From Octopus sinensis (taxonomy: Eukaryota): a DNA stretch of 6,355 bases. The position numbers were made by a program, and so were the translations under genes. Within the stretch, counting starts at the first letter, position 1. Each line of letters opens with the position of its first letter. Under the pieces are notes generated by a model. It was not told the DNA's origin. It saw nothing but the letters and a program-made list of their open reading frames with translations, and did not search any database. Shown here piece by piece: positions 1 to 6,000 of the stretch. The stretch covers positions 1-6,355 of the forward strand of contig NW_021829360.1 of the NCBI RefSeq assembly GCF_006345805.1. Reading direction: 5' to 3'.

Positions 1-8
1 TGTCGGAG

Positions 9-296
9 GGCATTCCTTCGATATAGCTCGACAGGCTCAGGGCATTTCGCTTCGGGTATTTCCGTGGATTGTGGAGTATAGTAGATATAACGAAATTATG
101 CCAGCAATGTCTCATTTTAAACTTGAAGAAAAAAAGAAAAAAAAGCCTTGCATATTTGTTCTCACCTGTTTCATTTGTGTATATAAAATCCACAAATTTC
201 CAAGAAGAAAACAGAATCGAACTGTCATTTGCTTCCACGGAAATAATACCCAAAGTGAAGTGTTTTGATTTTGTCGAGTTATATCGAAAGAACGCC
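9..296. repeat. Degenerate inverted repeat pair (left arm 9-68, right arm 234-296), possible remnant of a foldback/MITE-like element
   Basis: The reverse complement of 9-68 (TCCACGGAAATACCCGAAGCGAAATGCCCTGAGCCTGTCGAGCTATATCGAAGGAATGCC) aligns to 234-296 (TCCACGGAAATAATACCCAAAGTGAAGTGTTTTGATTTTGTCGAGTTATATCGAAAGAACGCC) at 48/60 matches with one 3-nt gap (hand alignment). The element may extend left of the window. Confidence 0.85.
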
Positions 297-487
297 TGTC
301 GTAGAAATAACTTTGTCGAATTATATCGAAAGAATGAATGCCTGTCGTAGAAATAACTTTGTCGAGTTATATCGAAAGAATGCCTGTCGTAGAAATAACT
401 TTGTCGAGTTATATCGAAAGAATGAATGCCTGTCGTAGAAATAACTTTGTCGAGTTATATCGAAAGAATGCCTGTCGTAGAAATAAC
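270..487. repeat. Minisatellite of five units alternating 42/46 bp (88-bp higher-order period)
   Basis: Unit TTTGTCGAGTTATATCGAAAGAA(TGAA)TGCCTGTCGTAGAAATAAC at 270-311 (42), 312-357 (46), 358-399 (42), 400-445 (46) and 446-487 (42). Apart from the 4-bp indel, only two substitutions were seen (C293, A320). No spacers. Confidence 0.97.
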
Positions 488-868
488 ATAAGTTTAAGTG
501 CAATAGTTAATTTAGTGGCCTTTTAATCTGGATTGGTTTATAAGTAAACTCTGTGTGTGCATGCTCGTGTGTTTTTGTTCATGAGTGTGTTAAAAGCAAA
601 TTTAAGTGTTTTTATTCAGCAGGTCGTGTCGCTATTTAAAATAGGCTCTGGTCTTCCCAAGACCCTCGTTGGCTTGTACAATTTTGCTCAGATAAGGACT
701 TCAGTAGAATGCAAAAGGATTAAAAGACATTATTTAGCCCAAATCCCAAATAGTAAAAAAAACTAATTCTGACATTTCTCTGCATTTCACTCGAGAATAA
801 ATTAGTAAAATACGTACAAGTAGACGCTCTGTGATACCCAATCGACCTCACTGTTACTTGATAAAATA

Positions 869-954
869 AATAATAATAATAATAATGATAATAATTAATA
901 ATATAATAATAATAATAATAATAATATAATAATAATAGTAATAATAATAATAAT
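869..954. repeat. (AAT)n microsatellite, imperfect; also serves as the (ATT)n 3' tail of the adjacent minus-strand SINE
   Basis: Direct reading: about 28 AAT units with GAT/AGT and short indel interruptions. Confidence 0.95.
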
Positions 955-1134
955 CCTTTCTACTAAAGGCACAAGGCCTGAAATTTTGGAGGAAGGGACT
1001 AGACGATTAAATCGACTCGTGTTTTCATTGGTACTTAATTTGTCGACCCCGAAAGGATGAAATGCAAAATCGACCTTGGCGGAAATTGAACTCTGACGGG
1101 CGAAATACTGCTAAGCATTTCGTCCAGCCTTAAC
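955..1134 (-). mobile_element. tRNA-derived SINE, family 1 (Octopus-type), 5'-truncated and degenerate, copy A
   Basis: Colinear with 1178-1399, and its reverse complement is colinear with 3848-4035: shared AAATGCTTAGC, GAGTTCAA(A/T)TTCCGCC (B box), GGTCGAYTTTGCMTTTCATCCTTTCGGGGTCGA and GGCCTTGTGCCT, followed by an (ATT)n tail. It has a deletion of roughly 10 bp upstream of the B box. The family name is from recall. Confidence 0.9.
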
Positions 1135-1138
1135 TGAT

Positions 1139-1177
1139 TATAATAATAATAATAATAATAATAGTAATAATAATAAT
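1139..1177. repeat. (AAT)n microsatellite between SINE copies A and B (tail of copy B)
   Basis: Direct reading: TAATAATAAT... with one AGT interruption. Confidence 0.95.
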
Positions 1178-1399
1178 CCTTTCTACGATAGGCACAAGGC
1201 ATCGGAGATTTTTTGGGGGAAAGGATTAAGTCGATTATATCGATCCCATTGTTTAACTGGTACTTGACTTATCAACCCCGAAAAGATGAAAAGCAATGTC
1301 GACCTCGGTGGAATTTGAACTCAGATGGTTGTCGACGGACGAAATACCGCTAAGCATTTCGTTCAGCGTGCTAACGATTCTTTCTGACAGCTCGCCGCC
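1178..1399 (-). mobile_element. tRNA-derived SINE, family 1, near full length, copy B
   Basis: The minus strand starts GGCGGCGAGCTGTCAGAA...CGTTAGCACGCTGAACGAAATGCTTAGCGGTATTTCG, has B box GAGTTCAAATTCC (plus-strand 1310-1322) and the conserved central block, and ends GCCTTGTGCCTATCGTAGAAAGG followed by (ATT)n. Confidence 0.92.
1310..1322 (-). promoter_or_regulatory. RNA polymerase III B box of SINE copy B
   Basis: Minus strand GAGTTCAAATTCC resembles the GGTTCRANYCC consensus and lies within the tRNA-like SINE head. Confidence 0.7.
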
Positions 1400-1400
1400 T

Positions 1401-1420
1401 TAATAATAATAATAATAATA
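1401..1420. repeat. (AAT)n microsatellite immediately 5' of SINE copy B (minus-strand sense)
   Basis: TAATAATAATAATAATAATA, direct reading. Confidence 0.9.
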
Positions 1421-1879
1421 TTAATGATCTTTGGTCCTGGTGTTCATAAGAAATTACTGCTTCGTAAAGAAATCCATGAACATTGCACAATATTGTGCAT
1501 ATATTATCTTTGTTTCCGCCCAAGGGGAATAGATTCAGCAAGAAAAACTTCTACACAGTCGGTCATAGCTGCCAAATTTTACTCAAGTCACATCCTACAG
1601 TCTTAAAAAAATTTGAAGAACACTTTCGTTAGTATAGGCTTAGATGCATTAGAATGGAGTGGGGATGGAGAAACAAACAAACAACAAACGGGATGGTCAT
1701 GATTAGATTTCCGTTGATCACACGTCTGTCTATTCGGTCAGTAGTGTAGACAATGGCTTTAAAAGCTCCGTGTGAGGTGAGCTTACGCGACATGGCTTCG
1801 ATCCACGGGTGAAAAAAATTTCATTTCTTTTGAGACGCTAATGACCTATTATTTTTTCTTCCATCTTAAAATCACAGAT

Positions 1880-1987
1880 GCACAGGCATGGCACGGCATG
1901 GTTGCGTGGTAAGAAGTTTGTTTCTAAATCGCATGGTTTTGGGTTCAGTCCCGCTACATGGCACCTTGTGCAAGTGTTTTCCTTTAG
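1880..1987 (+). mobile_element. 5' part (tRNA-like head plus start of a CORE-like domain) of SINE family 2
   Basis: A-box-like TGGTTGCGTGG (1899-1909), B-box-like GGGTTCAGTCCC (1941-1952), then TGGCACCTTGTGCAAGTGTTTTC, which matches the reverse complement of 4912-4962 (GGCGCAGGAGTGACTGTGTGGTAAG...TGGCATCTTGGGCAAGTGTCTTC). Small tandem duplication CAC(A)GGCATGG at the 5' end. The CORE-like label is from recalled similarity to CCTTGGGCAAGT. Confidence 0.85.
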
Positions 1988-2094
1988 ACGAGTGGTTGGT
2001 TCCCAGACGGGGTCCATATCACCCTTGGGGTAAGGGGATGCCCATGTAAGATTTTGTTGCTAAAATCTATGTGCAATAAAGTGGTTAAGTTATA

Positions 2095-2255
2095 GGTTAA
2101 TATAGGGCGTAACAAATATCAGAAAATCAAAAAAAAATGTGTGTAATAGGTGTAAAACAACTTCCTATGAACGAATATGAAAAAAAAAATTCGCGCACGC
2201 GAAAGGGGGTGGGGGAGAGGCCTCGGAAAATTCACATCGGAAGTCCGAAAGCGTC
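2095..2255 (+). repeat. Left terminal inverted repeat
   Basis: GGTTAATATAGGGCGTAACAAATATCAGAAAATC...CGGAAGTCCGAAAGCGTC is the reverse complement of 2854-3018. Confidence 0.95.
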
Positions 2256-2504
2256 AATATTCTGAGTTCAAATCAACTCATTTCTTTATCATCATTATCG
2301 ATGGACCACTCAAAGAGGTATGGATACATTATCATTTTCGTAACATAATTTCTGTAGTATTCAAGATGTTTCTGACACGTATTTTGATTCACATGGCGGA
2401 GATCAAACATTTCTTCACTTTTTTCCAGAATTTCTTCTCTTATTTTTTTTTTTTTTTTGCGAAATACGGGTTTATGATTCATGTGTGAGTGTGTGTTCTT
2501 GATA

Positions 2505-3018
2505 CTCTTTTAGAACAATAGTTTTACACCAATTACACTATTTTTCTTAGTTTAAAGGCCGTGGACTGAAGATGTGAAATTTCCGAAGCCTCTCCCACCC
2601 CCCTTTCGCGAGCGCCGCATTTTTTTCATGATAGTCGTTTAGAGCAAGCAAGTTGTTTTACACCTATTACGCTGTTTTTGTTTTGTTTTGTGCCCGGTTC
2701 AGACGTTCGGAAATTCACGATATAAATACCGAGGCCTCTCCCCCACCCCTCTTTCTCGAGAGCGCATTTTTTTTTTTATATTCGTTTAGAGCAAGTTGTT
2801 TTACGCATATTACACTATTTTTTTTTTGTTTTGGTGCCCAGGTCAGCCCCTCAGACGCTTTCGGAACTTCCCGATGTGAATTTTCCGAGGAATCTCCCCC
2901 ACCCCCCTTTCGCGTGCGCGAATTTTTTTTTTCATATTCGTTCATAGGAAGTTGTTTTACACCTATTACACACATTTTTTTTTTGATTTTCTGATATTTG
3001 TTACGCCCTATATTAACC
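2505..3018. repeat. Subterminal tandem array of diverged ~135-155-bp TIR-derived units (about 3.3 copies including the right TIR)
   Basis: The marker GTTTTAC(A/G)C recurs at 2521, 2655, 2798 and 2954, and CAGACG-(CT)TTCGG at 2700 and 2852. The CCGA(A/G)G..TCTCCC..CCC..TTTC.CG.G.GC block occurs three times. Confidence 0.9.
2854..3018 (-). repeat. Right terminal inverted repeat
   Basis: GACGCTTTCGGAACTTCCCGATGTGAATTTTCCGAGG...GTTACGCCCTATATTAACC is the reverse complement of 2095-2255. Confidence 0.95.
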
Positions 3019-3140
3019 GTTATATACTTCTACGTTACTTAAAGTATTTTAACGTATTCAAATTAAAAAAAAACAATTACCAGTAATACTTAACAGGATT
3101 TTGTTAAGCATCGAATGGCTATGAAGGTTCATCCGAATAG

Positions 3141-3443
3141 CAAAGCCTTGTGAGTGGAATTTGGTTGACGGAAACAGAAACACAAACGTGTGTGTGTGTG
3201 TATGTGTGTGTTCGTGCGCGCGATATGTGCGTCTGTGTGTTTGTATTTGTGTCTGCTCGAACACCATTTGACATTCGGAGTTGGTTTGTTTACGCCTCCG
3301 CAACTTAGCGGTTCTACAACAAAGACCGACAGAACAATTACCAAACTGGGTACTGGGATTGATTTATTCGACTGACATCTTTCAAGACGATGCCCCAGCT
3401 TGACTGCAACCCAGTGACTGAAACAAATAAAAGATAAATAAAA
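3141..3443 (+). mobile_element. 3' part of SINE family 2 (central region, internal GT repeat, A-rich tail), degenerate
   Basis: CAAAGCCTTGTGAGTGGAATTTGGTTGACGGAAAC, a (GT)-rich spacer, AACTTAGCGGTTC (3302-3314, identical to 6001-6013), and GTGACTGAAACAAATAAAAGATAAATAAAA. Colinear with the reverse complement of 4562-4890. Confidence 0.88.
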
Positions 3444-3560
3444 TAGTGCTCTATGCCTGATGAAACTACGCCCACACATACTTCTTTGACAGTCCGAACA
3501 ATTGATGGAAATGCCTGAGCTAAGTCCCAAATTCTTGATATTTAAATTCCTTTTCCTCAG

Positions 3561-3589
3561 AATGAAGTTCACAATCTACAAGAGTGTTG
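3561..3589 (+). other. Candidate 29-nt microexon (unverified)
   Basis: Upstream CTAAG branch-like motif (about 3520) and TTCCTTTTCCTCAG acceptor; downstream TTG|GTAAAA donor. Two frames are open (NEVHNLQEC and MKFTIYKSV). It lies in unique sequence between two SINEs. Motif-only evidence. Confidence 0.2.
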
Positions 3590-3625
3590 GTAAAATCTTA
3601 TTACAGTCAAATAGAGTAGAGTTAA

Positions 3626-4035
3626 GACGACGTACTGGCAGAAACGTTAGAACGCTGGGCGAAATGCTTAGTGGTATTTCGACTGTCTTATGTTCGGAGT
3701 TCAAATTCCGCCGAGGACGACTTTGCCTTTCACGGTCGATTAAATAAGTACCAGTTACGCAATGGATTCAATATAATCGACTTAATCCATTTGTCTGTCC
3801 TTGTTTGTCCCCTCCGTGTTTAGCCCCTTGTGGGTAGTAAAGAAATAGGTATTTCAACTGCCTTATTTTCTGAGTTCAAATTCCGCCGAGGTCGACTTTG
3901 CCTTTCATCCTTACGGGGTCGATAAATTAAGGGCAATCTGCCAAATTAAGTATCAGTTGCGTACTGGGGTCGATCTAGTCAATTGCACCCCCTCCCACAA
4001 AAAAAATTTTCTGGCCTTGTGCCTAGAGTAGAAGA
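3626..4035 (+). mobile_element. Dimeric SINE, family 1, copy C: full head plus a second headless unit, with two B boxes
   Basis: Unit 1 (3626-3849) starts GACGACGTACTGGCAGAAACGTTAG, with B box GAGTTCAAATTCC at 3697-3709. Unit 2 (3848-4035) restarts at GGTATTTC, with B box at 3872-3884, the central block GGTCGACTTTGCCTTTCATCCTTACGGGGTCGATAAATTAAG, and the 3' end GGCCTTGTGCCTAGAGTAGAA shared with copies A and B. Confidence 0.92.
3924..3950. other. 11-bp palindromic insert (GGCA-ATC-TGCC) flanked by an 8-bp direct repeat (AAATTAAG); putative transposon footprint
   Basis: AAATTAAG 3924-3931, GGCAATCTGCC 3932-3942, AAATTAAG 3943-3950. Sister SINE copies in this window show the empty site (copy A reverse complement GACAAATTAAGTACC; copy C unit 1 GATTAAATAAGTACC). 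Confidence 0.75.
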
Positions 4036-4425
4036 AACTACAGTGGAGTTGACAGCCAATATACTATCTGTCTTTATGAAAAGAACGTCTCATATTTAGT
4101 GAAAAATATGTGCATATACTAATATATATTGTCACATAAAAGCTAAGGGACTTGGATAAAATCTGAAATCTGAGAGAAAAAAAAAACTAGGTGATGGTTT
4201 GTGTCAGCGAACGTTTATAGTCAATAGGAAAATCTATGAAAGACAGAGTTGATTGATGTCAGTCAGACTGAAGTGTATAATGTATAAAAATTTCTGGTCC
4301 TGCCGTTCATTTGAGACTGACAACCAATAACAAATATACAGAAGGACAGACAGGTAACCCTCCGTTTACCGCACAAGATCACAATTTTGCGCGAGAGCTG
4401 TCCTCAATATGTTTTGCCTGCATTC

Positions 4426-4460
4426 GTGTGTGTGTGCGTGTGTATGTGTATGTGTGTGCG
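4426..4460. repeat. Imperfect (GT)n microsatellite
   Basis: GTGTGTGTGTGCGTGTGTATGTGTATGTGTGTGCG, direct reading. Confidence 0.9.
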
Positions 4461-4561
4461 ATTTCGGCATTTAACTGGCACTTTTTTTTAGGGTGGATTA
4501 AAAACACATTTTTCACCAAGCCTGACAAGTTGTATATTTAGTAAGGCGGAGTATGTGTGTA

Positions 4562-4804
4562 TACTCTTTTTACTCTTTTATTAGTTTCAGTCATTTGACT
4601 GCGGCCATGCTGGAGTACCGCCTTTAATCGAGCAAATCGACCCCGGGACTTATTCTTTTGTAAGCCCAGTACTTATTCTATCGGTCTCTTTTGCCGAACC
4701 GCTAACCTACGGGGACGTAAACACACCAGCATCGGTTGTCAAGCAATGCTAGGGGGACAAACACAGACACACAAACACACACACACACATACATACACAC
4801 ACAC

Positions 4805-4839
<35 letters not shown>

Positions 4840-4962
4840 CGACAGGCTTCTTTCAGTTTCCGTCTACTAAATCCACTCACAAGGCATTGGTCGGCCCGGG
4901 GCTATAGCAGAAGACACTTGCCCAAGATGCCACGCTACTTACCACACAGTCACTCCTGCGCC
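4562..4962 (-). mobile_element. SINE family 2 (CORE-like), near full length and well preserved, with a 40-bp deletion removing the B box (copy D)
   Basis: The minus strand begins GGCGCAGGAGTGACTGTGTGGTAAGTAGC|GTGGCATCTTGGGCAAGTGTCTTC, carries an internal (TA)n/(TG)n tract (about 4761-4839) and ends TGACTGAAACTAATAAAAGAGTAAAAAGAGTA. Comparison with the head at 1880-1987 shows 40 nt missing at 4934-4935. Confidence 0.93.
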
Positions 4963-4979
4963 TATATGTATATATACAT

Positions 4980-5013
<34 letters not shown>
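4963..5013. repeat. (TA)n microsatellite abutting the SINE D head
   Basis: Direct reading; near-pure TA from about 4984 to 5013. Confidence 0.95.
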
Positions 5014-5016
<3 letters not shown>

Positions 5017-5240
5017 TGTACTTTTGGGTGAGTGTATGGATGTATGTATGTACGTGAGAGTGAGTGTGTGTGTGTGACGGGGTGGGGGTGGGGGCGTCTG
5101 TACAGGCTTCGTGTATCTCCGGAGACGTGAGAAAATGTGAATCTATCTAATTTTTCACGGAAGCGTTGTGGTTAAACGCACGTGGTAGGGGTAAGGTGTG
5201 ATTTTTATGAGAGTATAAGTGAGTGTTTGTTAGTCTGTAT

Positions 5241-5262
5241 GTGTGTGTGTGTGTGTGTGTGT
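5241..5262. repeat. (GT)11 microsatellite
   Basis: Perfect GT run, direct reading. Confidence 0.95.
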
Positions 5263-5501
5263 GAGTGGCGGAGATAAATTGAAGATGTTCAATGTCAATA
5301 ATAGTATTTGTTGACGCTCATATGTAAAAGTATATTTATTTGTATCAGATGAATCGCGCGTATATATGTTTATAAATTTTTGGCTGAGATGTTAATGAAA
5401 ATGTATGAAACGTTTTTATTATTGTGAAGTTACCTCCAAAAAAAACAAGAGTAGGAAATGGACCTTCACGTATTCATTATGTTATTTACACCCTCCTCCC
5501 C

Positions 5502-6000
5502 CTCTCTCTCTCTCTATATATATATAGTATACACACACACCACCTACATACACGTATATATGTATATGTCTATATATTTGATATTACATACATTATATAT
5601 ATATATATATATATACAAATATATATATATATATCATATATATATATGTACAATATATATATATATATATATACAAATATATATATAATACATATATATA
5701 TACATATATATGTATATACATATGTATAAACATATTATATATATATATACATATATATATGCATGCCTATATATATACATATATATATATACATACATAT
5801 ATATACATATATATGCATATATATATAGATATGCCTATATATATATACATATATATCATATATATGCATATATATATAGATATGCCTATTATATATATAC
5901 ATATATATAATATACATGCATATATATACAACATATATACTTAATATATATATGTATATATATATATTACACACCACACTACATACATACATACATACAC
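5502..6000. repeat. About 500-bp compound microsatellite: (CT)n, then a long imperfect (TA)n/(TACA)n, then (CATA)n
   Basis: Direct reading. It explains the YIYI-type ORFs and contains a 51-bp internal duplication (GCATATATATATAGATATGCCTAT at 5815 and 5866). Confidence 0.97.

Larger units (their letters stand above)
2095..3018. mobile_element. Non-autonomous DNA transposon (MITE/foldback-like), 924 bp, long TIRs, 6-bp TSD GTTATA, superfamily unassigned
   Basis: Left TIR 2095-2255 (161 bp) and right TIR 2854-3018 (165 bp) differ by 2 substitutions and 4 single-base indels (hand alignment). Termini are GGTTAATATAGGGCG...CGCCCTATATTAACC. Direct repeat GTTATA lies at 2089-2094 and 3019-3024, immediately outside the TIRs. 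No transposase ORF. Confidence 0.92.

Noticed and set aside
277-282. GTTATA in the minisatellite unit equals the TSD of the 2095-3018 element
   Set aside because: An AT-rich hexamer is expected by chance, and there is no other similarity between the two elements.
270-487. CRISPR-like array
   Set aside because: The repeats are contiguous with no unique spacers, there are no cas genes, and the context is eukaryotic. It is a minisatellite.
69-526. ORFs 69-350, 71-268, 321-503 and 338-526 as genes
   Set aside because: They are short, their repeated peptides come from the minisatellite and their lysine runs from A-tracts, and no domain is recognisable.
557-766. 69-aa ORF
   Set aside because: Starts at a non-ATG codon, has no recognisable motif, and its length is within chance expectation.
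1424-1606. 60-aa ORF
   Set aside because: Minimal length, no recognisable homology, and no convincing splice context.
1880-1960. Functional tRNA gene (also considered at 1300-1399 and 3626-3715)
   Set aside because: A/B boxes are present, but I could not build a cloverleaf, and each continues into SINE body sequence; these are tRNA-derived SINE heads.
2262-2273. CTGAGTTCAAAT match to the family 1 SINE B box inside the TIR element
   Set aside because: A 12-bp match with no flanking SINE homology; likely chance.
2177-2994. ORFs 2177-2488, 2653-2994 and 2715-2975 as transposase
   Set aside because: They derive from TIR/tandem units and homopolymer runs (poly-F, poly-K, poly-P), with no DDE/D motif and far too short for a transposase.
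3058-3747. ORFs 3058-3303, 3129-3572, 3190-3375 and 3502-3747
   Set aside because: They read through SINE bodies and GT/CA repeats (HTHT, CVCV), and are not protein-like.
4319-4358. Possible exon ending CAG|GTAACC (donor at about 4353)
   Set aside because: The donor is reasonable, but no good pyrimidine-tract acceptor lies upstream and there is no coding evidence.
5079-5094. G-quadruplex (GGGGTGGGGGTGGGGG); a similar G-run pair lies at 2205-2215
   Set aside because: Only three G-tracts (two in the TIR), which is insufficient for a canonical intramolecular three-tier G4.
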